Shown here piece by piece: positions 48,005 through 60,494 of a stretch of 64,000 bases of DNA. The stretch is from NCBI RefSeq assembly GCF_964355755.1, contig NC_092671.1:8370001-8434000 (forward strand), given 5' to 3'. The notes beneath the pieces are model-generated. The model was given only the letters and a program-made list of their open reading frames with translations. It was not told the DNA's origin and did no database searches. The position numbers were made by a program, and so were the translations under genes. How positions within the stretch are numbered: the first letter of the stretch is position 1; the number at the start of each line of letters is the position of its first letter. The DNA comes from Antedon mediterranea. Taxonomy: Eukaryota; Animalia; Echinodermata.

Positions 48005-51000
48005 TTAGACGGAGTATCTATTTGAACGAATCAATTTGGTTATTGCTTTTCGCCATTGCGTTGTAATTTTTGTCTTCTTGCCAGTTTCTATAATCACGTG
48101 TTTTTGACGCCAAGTTCGGTATAAATTTCGAAATACTTCAGCAACCGCTTGTATTTGTCGTCCATCCTTTGCTGATATTTCATAAAATGGTATCCCCATT
48201 TGTGACGCAAGAAGTTCGCCCTCTACCTCACGTATAGTCCGTTCATTATCCTGCATATCAACTTTATTTCCCACAAGTACTCCAGGCACGTGATCTGATC
48301 CTGTTGCCTCACTCACAACCTGACGAATATTCACAATCTCAGCGAAGCTTTGCGGATCGGTTATCGAGTAAACAAATACGAAAGCATCACCCCAGTACGA
48401 ATATGAGTTCGGTAGCCCTCTTGAATTCTGGAAATAAAATTGGAAACTCAAAAACTTCGGAAATAACGTCATGCATTATAGGGGTGTCACGAAACCTAAG
48501 ACCACGAAAGCGAAGACCCCCTAAGACCTAAGATCACGAAAGCTAAGACCTAAGACCTAAGATTACAAATATTTATCTTTCGCACCTGCCTTGTATTTTA
48601 ACTCCCAACATTTATTCTGAATGAATACCACACCTTAGAATTGGCACTTTCATGAAAAAGAATCACATAAAAAGTAACAAATACATTTTTAAATTGATGA
48701 TTTTACAGACGTTTTTCTCGAACACAAAATGACTAGCCTACAGTACAGTAGGCCTACCCCATGGGCCATGTTCAATGTTTTTGTTTCTATGGAACGTCAA
48801 AAGAGCAAAAATTATATAGAGGGCTGAAAACTCTGTGGAGTCCATCTACAGTGTGGATGGAACAATGTAAAATTAAAATTGTAATGATAATAGTATAATC
48901 ATGCAAGTACGAAGAAATAAATACTGGCAAATAAATTTTAATTTAAAAATCATGATAAGTTTTTTTTCTGTTTTTATACTTGTACTATTATTGTTGCTCT
49001 TTTGGCGCTCCATAGAAACAAAAACATTGAGCATGGGGAGCTCGAGGAGTTACATTACAGTATACAAAGAAACACATCTGTAAAATCATCAATTTAAAGG
49101 ATTTATTTATTTGTTATTATGTGTTTCTCCTTCTGAAAGTACTTATAAGTCCTAATTTTAAAGTGTGGTGTTCAGGATAAAGTTAGTCAACAAATTTGGA
49201 GTCAAAATACAAGAAAGGCAGGTGCGTAAGAAAAACATCCTCTGAACCAACACAATGGAGTAAATATATACCATCAAACAACCCGTCAAGTTTGTTTGTT
49301 GTAAAGAAAAAATATACATTTACTCAACGGGCGAAAATAATGTGAGTTTATCTATGTTTTGCGGTAGTATTAAATTATATTTATGGTAATAAATGAAACC
49401 TACTGTGTTTAAAATTATGTATGGATAAACAAGTATTGTTTTTAAGCTGTAGTATATCTTAGTATTTGTAATCTTAGGTGTTGGGTCTTAGCTTTCGTGA
49501 TCTTAGGTCTTAGGGGGTCTGAGCTTTCGTGGTCTTAGGTTTCGTGACACCCTGCATTATAGTTATGTACATTAGGCCTATGCCACTGACAGTTCAAGGG
49601 TCACTGACAGTTCAAGGGTCACTGGCAGTTTAAGGGTTACTCTGATGATTTACATGAATGATTATTACATGATTACATGATGAATGATTAAAACTTTTTA
49701 AACGAAAAATTTTGATCATTCATGATTAAAATTTTTATTTAGTATGACGACAATTTGTTTAGTTCAAATAGGTGTTTCGTCTTACCTGAACATGTCCAGC
49801 CGTGTCTAATATCTCCATGGTAACATCTTCGTTATCAATTGTTGTACTGTATGTACATAATGTTTCTAAAAAAGTAATATGTACGCAATAAACACAAATA
49901 AAGTAATTATGCAAAGATGTAAATAATAATATTCAAATTAACGTCAACCGTTACAATTTAAAAATTGTTTTCTTCGTGTCAGGGCGGTAGACGAAGAACG
50001 AACGTTAAAATCGACAAAATACAGTCCGAGAGTGCATGGATTTTTTGGTATAAATTAGCTTCTCCTCCGTCTTCTATACGGTCCAAAAGCGAAAACTTGC
50101 GATGTACAAATTTGTTAACGTAATAAGTTAATGGTGATGATTATTGATCTTGCAATTTAAGTAATAATTTAATTACGGCAAGCAACGTAATTACGTCAAG
50201 CATTATTATGTTTGTATGCTTGTTTCCGTATATAAAATTGTATAATTTTCACTTACCTAAGGTAGGATCGTATTCGCCAATAAATCTCTTTGTAGTGTAC
50301 CGCACCATTAGTGCTGTAAGAAAGCAGAATTATATCATTAAGGTAATTTGAGCGTCCAATATGTCTTATTATTGTTAACCAATATCGTTATGAATAACAT
50401 AGTAGGCCTGGAATTTGGTAAAGTATTTTTAAAATGAGCTGCTGACGACGAAACAGGAAAGACTATAATGCTCTATAAACAAACGAATATTAAGTTGTTT
50501 ATTATTATAGTTATATTTTATTAAATGTGACGTTTTTAGTCACGTGCAACGCGACTCTCAGCTCACTATGTCGGTCGGTTGGTTGGTCGGTCGGTTGGTC
50601 GGTCGGTCAGTCGGTAAACACTAACTCAAATTTGAGCACGTGACTGCAGCCATATATATGACCTTGTTAATATTAATATATAACATTGAAAAAATCATCA
50701 GTATATATAAAGTCTAAACTATCAAACTACTTTGGCACAAAAGTGATGTGCCCAAATATGGTAGTGATATGCCTACATATGGTAGTAATATGACATCATC
50801 ATGTCCAAATATTTGCACATCACATTTTTTTTGTCACATAAAGTTTGATAGTGTAGACAAAGCTTAAGATCAAACAATTATGTGAAGAAATATTGAGAAA
50901 GAAATAATGCTACAGATATTTTATAAAGTTAAGATAAGGGTGGTGAATGTGCCAAAAAAGCATAACCGGTAAAGTTGTGAAAAATATGCGAAACTGAGAA

Positions 51001-53746
51001 GTTTATTTTTATTATCATTATGGACACCTGACATTTCCGAATGCTTTATCTTTGCAGTTTTTCTTACAGTATCTAAGTGATATAGTTTACTAATCATCGA
51101 AATACGATTAACTACAAATATCAAAATACTAAGACTGTAATTATTCATAGTCAACTTAATTTTGAGAGATTTTTGCCATTTTCCTTGAATAACGATCTCA
51201 TGGTAACACAACTTAATTACGGTTTGTTATCAAATTTATTGTGTGACGTAAGATACTTCGAACCACGTGACGTAACATTGCGTATGTCGGAATCGTGTTC
51301 TTCAATCTATGACGTAAACAGAAAATGAACAATCAAGTTTTAAAATCTTTCGGGATTTAAAAACGCATTAACTTTTAGATTTTCTTAAAAAAACCATCAC
51401 ACCTAATGTAACACTATCTAGTTAGAAAAGAAAGTAATATCTGATATGTTGAGAAGATTCATAATGAATCGTAATTTCAATTTAATATTTGGATTAATTG
51501 TAATTTAAATTTACTGCTGGATGAATGTTGTTAAATGCGTGTATAATTTGTATCTATATGCCAGTGACGGTTATTATCGTTCAAGCAACGTTCAGATTTA
51601 ATATTAATATTCACCTTAGTGAAGTTAATGTTCATTAATCAAGGAAATTACTTTAAAAAAACTAAATTAAACAGAAAACCAGGATATACATTTTACCAAT
51701 GATTTGTTTGTTTTGCTTATTGAGTTCTTGTTGGACAATTTGTTATCAGATAATTTTAATCCATAGATTTAATATTAAAATTGTATTTTGATTTTCAACA
51801 AAGATAATAAAAATAGAAAACACAAAAAGAAAAAAAAAGGCAATTACTACATTTCCGGTATTCTTTCATAATAAACAAGGTTGGTTGATATTTAAATATT
51901 AATTCTTTAAAAAAAAATAATATTTGAAATTTGTTTTGCCTTATTGTAAATATTTTCCCAACAAAAACATATTTATATCATTCCAAAGATGGATATTGAG
52001 CTTTCGTCACTTTATTCAATGTTTGCAGACGAAAACAATAAACACAATATCGTCGGGTGGCAATATTGTTAATACATGATTGATAGCAGAGATCTTAAAC
52101 TTAAAGTATATATTTAACTTTCTTACATCCAATCTAACGTAATAAGATTATAGGATTAGAATAATTATAAACAGTAGGATGATCGGATTCAGTCAAAATG
52201 AATATTTGAACGTCGAATGCGTAGCGCATCGTTTTTCGGATGAAACGTTAAGCTGTTATAAGTGTTAGTCGTGTGTGAAATATGGGTACACTCTTCGAAA
52301 AGAGTAGGGGATCGTCTCACGATCCCTGCCCAATTCACCACCAGAAGAAAACCACCAGGACACCACCGGAAACAAGTCTAAGTGGACTATTATAGTGGGT
52401 TATCCGCTTGGTGTTCAACACCAACATAATAACTTATTTGTTGATGGCGCGACACTTAGCGTATGCGTATATTTGTCTGAGAATGCGCAGAATCGTTATT
52501 ATTATGATAGTTACATAGTCGAGAGAATAAGAATAAGTGAATAGTCCATATTCGTACCGTACTCTAGTTAATTTCCACAATGAATACCAGCCGACCTTCA
52601 AGTTCATTAGAACATTTATCTCGCTTTATTTTGCTTTGGGAATTCGGGACTGAAAGTAATTATAAAAGTCTTATAGATAATAAAGTCTTTAACACCTGAC
52701 TATTGTCTCTTATTTCAAATGTCTCAATCAACGTCACATTGCGTCATCAATTATATTATGAATACGGCCATTAACGTTGAAATATACCGTGTAACAAGAG
52801 TGATTTCTTAATGTTATATTTGGGCCTGAATATCTTGAGAACCAATTATATATTATAATGTAAAGGCTAAATGCAGAAAGTGCACACATTTTCTTGAAAA
52901 CAAAGGGTGGGATAATCAGATGGATCACATTAGTTGATCAAGAAATGTGGATGGTTCACCAAAAAGTAGATTTTGATAATTTGTTTACACTAATCAGAGA
53001 TGGAAAAGCAGGTCTTGGTTCTGACGTGAGTTTTTTAACGAATATGAAATTGTATGCGAATAAGTACAATATTAAATCTCATAGATACATCTCTAAAATA
53101 CTAGAATCCTTCTTTCTCTCTCTCAAGCCAAATCTTTCCTCCTGCGCGCCCATTTCCTTTGTTGCCTTATAATTTTACGTGTGTGAACCGTATTATTTAA
53201 AAGCCAATATATAAACTTCTCGTAAACGTCATTTATATAAATTTGTAAGAAAGAAAAGAAAGTTCTTTATCCAATCTCTATCCAATATGTTCTCATCTTT
53301 ACCGTCTACATTATTGCTATGCTTCATATTTTATAGATAGACTATATAGAATTAAAAAAAATAATAATAAATGAAATTATCTACTCTAAAAGACTCCGAT
53401 CAAATGCCCATTTCATAACGCCTGTAAATCTTCAAACGTTTTGCCGTACGCCTGAACGTGGTATAAAGTTTCATTCACACTGTTCCGTTTCACGGAACGG
53501 AAGACGGAAGTGTAAATGTAGGCTATACTAGCTTTAGTCCGACAAAGAGTTTTTTTACTTTAAACTGTATTTCTTAAGTCACATGTACACCACACACAAC
53601 AATTAAAAATGAAGCAGCTAATAATTACCTGTTTTTCCAACGGCCGGTGTGCCAAGAACAGCCACTCTAAAATTGATAGGATTAGTGCATCGTTTCCTGA
53701 ATATGTTAGGCGAGGTGCTAAATGTGTAAGATCTCCTCCTTGACAT
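48005..53746 (-). CDS. RERG/RASL11/RASL12-like Ras-family small GTPase, ~225 aa, 4 exons
   Basis: Exons 53746-53629, 50313-50257, 49865-49786 and 48427-48005 join in frame. G1 VAVLGTPAVGKT, G2 region RYTTKRFIGEYDPT, G3 EILDTAGH, WGDAFVFVYSITD, G4 LVGNKVD, G5 FYEISAK. There is no CAAX box, as in the RERG/RASL11 group. Confidence 0.9.
48482..49552. mobile_element. Non-autonomous MULE foldback MITE, copy 2 (inverted relative to copy 1), in intron 3 of the Ras-like gene
   Basis: TIRs GGGTGTCACGAAACCTAAGACC / GGTCTTAGGTTTCGTGACACCC with a perfect 10-bp TSD TGCATTATAG (48472-48481, 49553-49562). Confidence 0.92.
49584..49637. repeat. Short tandem repeat, 18-bp unit x3
   Basis: CACTGACAGTTCAAGGGT x2 plus CACTGGCAGTTTAAGGGT. 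Confidence 0.85.
50533..50668 (+). mobile_element. Short DINE-1/HINE-like element
   Basis: TTTTTAGTCACGTG...(GGTC/GGTT)n...CACGTGACT...CTTGTT; same architecture as 15731-16500. Confidence 0.65.
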
Positions 53747-54963
53747 TCTGATTCCGAAGCTACGTCGTGTTTTTCATCAGAAACTGTGTGTACATCGAAA
53801 GTACCACTTATATACTTAGTAGCCTTTTCGAGTATTGGTTATCTGATTGGCTAATATAAAAACGTCTTGAAATTCGCATTTATGTTGGATTTCGTGCTTC
53901 TCTGACATTTTAGAGACGAAACGAAGAATAATAGTATTATTGCTCTTTATTTTTTTCTTATTTCGAAGAGGCGCCAGTCCAATTCATTTTCTTCACCTTA
54001 AGCTTGGTTTCGTCTGGACACAATATTTTGTAAGAAAACAAAGTAATTTTACCAAGGCAAACTATGCCTTGATTTGGCCGATTTTACCGATCACCTCCCA
54101 CTTGGACGAAATACGTAAGCGCAACTCAATGGCGGAGTAGGCGCAACACAACGACGTGACACAATGACGTGGTGTACACGGCGGCGTAGGCACGCAACGG
54201 CGTAGGCGCAACGCAAGTCAAATTACGGTTACTGGTTTATATATTTGACACAATGACCTATAGTTCGGTACATGAACATTACGGATAATATCACAGTTTT
54301 ATCCAGATGTAGGGGCCTACATTTGTTTGGAAAATGTTATTTTGAAATTAAGAATTTTTGATAGCGGTGATGCCTATCTGGATTTTATTTATTGAAACTC
54401 AATTAATGCATAATTTTATTACAATTACATTATAGTAATCAGCATATAAATGCTAATTATATACTTATTATTATATTATTATAAGATATAAATTAAAGCC
54501 AATCTCATGTAATTTATATTTTACATTTTGGTATTCGATCCAAATTTTATGATAAATATTGTGCAATGTTTGATATTCATTTACATACTGCCCGCTTGGT
54601 CTACATTATTTTATTTATATCTACTCGATTGCAGTAAATAAGTTAAATTAATCTTATTATAATTGAACCTATGTTACTGTATAAGTTTATGAGAGTTTAG
54701 GTTTTTCCCATTCTTGTGGATTTTTCCAGGGTCGTCAAACACAAACACGCATTCCCAGGTACGTGAAAGTCATTAAAGCGGAAACAAAGGTCATGGTTTG
54801 TGTTGTTGGTTGCGAATTGCATGTATGACGTGTGCATGTGTGACAGGTCCGTTGACTTTCTACTGCAAACTTTTGGTTTTTCAGGCTTACTGTGATATTT
54901 TGTATTTTATTAAGGTCTAGAATAGGCCTTCTACAGACGTGTATTACTTAAATTAATGATATT

Positions 54964-57823
54964 ATGTTAAGAAGTGGTCTATGCTTATCTAGGCTTGGTA
55001 GTGTCACCACCAGGAGTGGTGGACTGTCGCCTTGTTTGGACCATTCAGCTGCGCGTGTCAACAGCACCCAGAGAACTAAATCTAGGCCTAACCAAGATAT
55101 TCTTCAAATCCAATGCAAGCAGAATTATACAGGCGAGTTATGTTAATACTGCATTACCATTAAGTATACATATTACTAAATGTCTGAGTAGTGAGTGAGT
55201 TTATAGTCTATAAACCAGGTCTTTTTACTAGACACATATTTCCTAGCTAGCTATTTTATATAATAGGCGGCTTTCCTAGTACAGTACCGACATAATTTGT
55301 ATTAGTATATTTTGTAAGATACTAGATAGGGAGGCTACTACTACTTTAACTTGCAAAAAAACTGTAGTTTTCCTTTTGTAATGTAATAAATATTATTTAT
55401 TGTTGTTTTTTTTTTCAATTTGTCCTTATTTTGACACTCTTAATTATAACTTTCTCTTTATTAAAATTCTATTTTGTAGCATGGACCAATCCACGAATGC
55501 CATATCAAAGTATTCGTTCATATCAAGGCCCCCTTAAGGCTGTTGTTTTTGACTGGGGAGGTACAGTGGTAGACAGTGGTGTGATGGGGCCAGCAATAAC
55601 ATTTGTCAGAATTTTTAAAGAGGAAGGAATAGATATCACAGATGATGAAGCCAGAGGACCTATGGGAACACATAAAAGAGTAAAAATAACTTTTTTTTTT
55701 TTTTTTTACTTTTTTTTCATTTCATATTTATATTAATAAAATCACAAATTAAAAATAACTTTTTTCTCCGTGGTTGTCTAAAATCAATTCATGTCAAATC
55801 AATTGGCATAATATTAATTATTATCAATCATGTTATATAATACTGTATATATATTTTCTGATTTAAAAATAAATATCAAATACCGAATGCTATGCCTCAG
55901 AAGGATCTGTTAAGTGTCATTCTAATCCATCACATGGTTCCAAAGCCTTTTACAGGATGTATAGCAGAATCAATTTTACTGATATTTATAGATATACATT
56001 ATACAACATACTTTCTAATGTTGCTAGGTCCATATACAGAAGGTGTTACAAAACAATGCAGTATTAGAACGATGGTTAAACCAGCATGGCAGGGAACCAA
56101 CTGATGAGGATATTGACCGAATGTATCACCGCTTTATTCCTGTGCAATTAGAAGTGCTAAAAGACTACTGTTCCATGATTACGGGTAAACCATACAGCTG
56201 TTTAGCTTTATGTTCTTCCACCCCATATACACCTGTAGGGAGCTTGCATGATGTAATACGGAAGTACTATTCGCACTAGTTTGGCAATTTTTGTCTTCAA
56301 AGTCATCTGACCCAGGTCAGATGTCGACCTTCTGTTATCACAAAGATGTTTTGAAAATGTCCAAAAATTGGATCGGAACAAAAATTTATTAAACAACAAA
56401 TAGTCAAATTGGCTGCCAGTCAATGGTTGTTTGCTTGAATTTAACCATTTATTTTGTCATTTTGTAAGTTACACGTGTTTTAATAAATAGAGTTTTGTTA
56501 CATTTTATAGGAGCTGCTGAGGCTGTGAAAGTTCTACGAAATGAGTACAACCTGAAGATTGGCTCATCAACTGGTTGGAGTTCTGAGATTGTCAATGAGA
56601 TCAAACCAATTGCTGCAGCTGCAGGCTATGTACCAGACTGCTACGTAGCTGCGGATGAAGTACCCCAAGCACGACCCCTTCCCTACATGGTCTGGTTAAA
56701 TGCTATACGTATGGACATTCATCCTCTAGAATCCATTATAAAGGTGCGAGACTGATGCTATTATAGTAATATAGAAAAGATGATAAATAATTAAGTTGAC
56801 ATGCTTCCATCTTTCTGTTTGAGAGATGTGATAAAATAGTCTACTGTAAAACTGACTAAGACTGAATTTGACTAATGATTTGATAAATATATTCATTTTT
56901 TGTTACCAAACTGACAAGCACCTGCTTCTTTTGGTACTATTGAATATTGTAATTGTGAATAAATTGGACATACATAATTAGGTAAATAACCGCTGCGTTT
57001 CTTTGTTCAAATTAAATATGTATGTTTTAACATTACTATACTCTATTATTTAATGCTCACATTTTATATTAGTGAGGTGTATGATCACATTTCATTATTA
57101 AAAAACTTAACATAGTTCTTCTCACCAACATTTGGAGTTTTTGTGATTTTACAATCTGCAGCCACTAACCAAATACTATTGTAAGCCTGTTATGTTTAAT
57201 TGTAGGTTGATGATACATTTGATGGCATTAGGGAAGGTACAAGTGCTGGGTGCTGGACTGTAGGCGTTGCTAAATATGTAAATATTCATTCTGTGTTGGT
57301 TTTATAGTTCCTTTGTATGTCAGAATAGAGCTCTACCGTTAAGTGCAAAGGTTTCTGACCCACAGTTAGTAATCCATCCATGGTAAAATATCACATTTTA
57401 CTTTAAGTGGTGTAACAGCCGTATTATATCCAGGTAGAAAGCAATTATCGATCTTTGAGATTTGAAAAATTGAATTGTATTGTTAATTTGAAAACAAAAT
57501 ACCTCACATTATTATTTACAAATGTCTTGGTTAATAATATATAATTTATGGTATAGGCATTTGATTACAACCCCATTTTTCCTGGATATGCCACAGTTGT
57601 TTCTATTCTCAAATTTTTTTTCTATTCAAAACAGGGAAATTATGTTGCAGCTACCGAAGACCAAATCTCCAGGATGAATCCACGGGAGTATGAACGCAAG
57701 TTACAGCACGCTTATGACGTACTTTCTGATGCAGGCTCGCATTACGTAGTTGATAGTGTTTCCGACTTACCTGGAGTTGTCGAAGATATCAATCAAAGGC
57801 TTGCACGAGGCGAACGACCATAG
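54964..57823 (+). CDS. phnX: Phosphonoacetaldehyde hydrolase (phosphonatase, HAD superfamily), ~339 aa, 6 exons, with N-terminal extension
   Basis: Exons 54964-55132 (GC donor), 55480-55679, 56028-56184, 56511-56743, 57206-57277 and 57635-57823. HAD motif [17 protein letters not shown], cap loop [14 protein letters not shown] (Schiff-base Lys), motif II KIGSSTG, RPLPYM, motif [22 protein letters not shown], and C-terminus [14 protein letters not shown]...[11 protein letters not shown]. Confidence 0.93.
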
Positions 57824-60459
57824 TTTGTGTAGAAGTTCTTCTTTCTCTGGTGTGCCATATCTGGTACAGACGTGGCCTCGCAATCGATAGAAGTACTTAA
57901 ATTACCTATTTAGAGAGACGATTATAATAATCAGGTTTAATTTCAATGTGTTATATATAAATAAACACTAAAACAAATAAAGAATATAAGAATATATATT
58001 TTTAATAGGAACGCCATCCATAAATGATTGTACTATTAAGAAATACATTATATGCTGCAGTTTTTTAGTATTATATTGTTTATTATAGAACTAAATTCTT
58101 TTGCCTACTCCACACCAAATTTTATTTAGTACAATAATTTACTAGCCTAGAACAAGAGTATCTACGGGTGTGCCATTACTTGTGATTATTCCCAGGAAAT
58201 CGGTATATCTGGGTATACAGGACAAGAATAATGGATTCAGTAATATGTTTTACTTGTATGGTGCAAATTTCAAGGGTTGATCAGCCCGGTCTTGATTGCC
58301 AATTTAAATGAAACTAACGATGTTGCATTAACGCTTTAATCATGTAATCAATTCTAATCATTAACAATGCGTCTAGAATATCCCTGATCTAATAAAGGAC
58401 AAAATATAGAATGAATTATGGCGGCACGGTTTTCATCATACTCTTAGATACTAACCTAATAACAGTACCGGTAATTTCTTTATGTGTTAGATTATTGCAA
58501 TTGATTTACATTGATTGCTATATTGATTATATTTATATAGTACAATACAGTATTATCTAATTATATTACTTAAATATATATTATTTTATTTTTGTTTGTA
58601 CGAAAGATTTTTAAATTAAATTGAATTTAAATTATGGCTATATAATATCACAAATTAACAAATTAAGATATATATTTTTAGATCGCATGTTAAATAAAAA
58701 AATTATATATTACAGACATATAGATCATTTCAATATGTGGTTGAGTTTATGTTTGTTTTACTTTAATAAAAGATGACTTTGAAAAAAAAGAAGCAAATTT
58801 TATAGAAAAATATTAACTAAATAAATAACAACATTTAGAACAAACTATTAACAAGCTGATTATAAAGAAAACAAAAACATTGAAAAATATCAAACATTTG
58901 AACAGCAAACTATTTAAATTCTTGATCTTCTCAAGAGGGCGCCAAACACAAAATCAATTTCCTCAGAGTGGGATTTTTAAAAAAATTATTTTTTTTATAT
59001 TATTTTATATATTATTTAGGAAAATATTCATAGGATTCATTGTGTGTTTGTGAAAACACGTTTTCATTCGTTTATAAAGGTTTGTAGACAAGACTGTTAC
59101 AAAATTAACACCGGTTTATGTAGGCCTACGATTTGTACTACTAAAATGAAAGCCACTTTAACTGTCCTAAGAACACATGCAATTTTAATTGTGGATCTCA
59201 TGAATTAAAACTTCGCATTATGCGTGACAGGTAAATAATATATAATGTATCATAATATAAGTATTATTATTGTTTTTTAGCTTTATGATACTCATTGTTC
59301 TTCCTAGAAGTTAGTCTACACTAAAGCTCTGTCTACACTATCAAACTGTATGTGACAAAAAATGGATACGATGACGTCATATCACTACCATATTTGGGCA
59401 CACCACATCATATCACTTTTGTCAAACACACACTACACTAGCCTACACTAAGGAACTTTACCAAAACGTTTGTGTGAAAGTTGTGAGTTTGTTCAAATGG
59501 CAAACTAAAGTTTTCTAGTGTACACTAGGTATTAGCATTTACTTTTTTTCTCCTCTAACTGTAGTCTAAATGTTATCTTATATTTATAAACTGTACTATT
59601 GAATTCCACTACTGATATAAAGGCGATTCTTTTGAATAAATAAAATTAAATATCTATCACTTTGCATAAACTATACAGCCTTGCCTAGTAACTGATGATT
59701 ATCATTTTTATTGCGCCCTCTGTATCAGTTCTGTTACAAATTCTTCATTTCAAATTTAGAATTTTAAAAAAGATTTACTGGGTGACATTTCCGGTTCCGG
59801 TGCCACTTGGTTTTCAAATGCAATAAAATAAAACATTTAGATAAATCATGTTAAATAAATTGTCGTTATTTGACGTTTGTTAGTTTTTTAGCTCACCTTA
59901 AATTGTTAAATCAAAGACATTACCAAAACAGGTGAATGAGATTATTGTATTGTGCCGCGGCCTCTAGATGAACTTTATATAAAGGTTTGTTTAAAAAAGT
60001 AAGAAATATTATTTTACTTGGTCTTAAAACATAAGACATACTTTTATTATCTCCAAAGAAAAATTTCAGGAGCTTGCGAAACAACAAGATTCATATACAA
60101 CATATAAAAGAACAAAATAAAAATCAGACCCAATCCTACAAGTTACCTTTTATAATCTATAATCTTAAAGAAAGCAATATCCTTTATTTAGTTTATAGTT
60201 CAATATCAGAAAATAGCTATTAAGAGTTTTGTACATACCATACACTATCAAACTTTATGTGACAAAAAAATGTGATGATGTCATAACACTACCATATTTA
60301 GCCATATCGCTACCATATTTGGGCACATCACACTTTTTTGTCAAATTATTTTGATATTGTTTGTAGACAGAGATTAAGCTAAATATCCGAAGTTACTGGT
60401 GAACTCTTCTTTGGAACACCTCTATTTACATTTAATATGATTTTCTTGGTCAGTTGTAA

Positions 60460-60494
60460 CAGGGAGATGTAAAATAATATTTTACATCTCCCTG
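60460..60494. mobile_element. 35-bp hairpin CAGGGAGATGTAAAAT...ATTTTACATCTCCCTG with 7-bp TSD (P-superfamily-like mini-element or footprint)
   Basis: GTTGTAA at 60453-60459 and 60495-60501; perfect inverted arms of at least 16 bp. Confidence 0.65.

Noticed and set aside
52734-53210. ORFs inside intron 1 of the Ras-like gene
   Set aside because: No recognisable motif; possibly a decayed LINE, but the support is too weak.
54964-57823. phnX as bacterial contamination or a recent bacterial insertion
   Set aside because: It has five spliceosomal introns with host-like AT-rich composition and is contiguous with animal genes.
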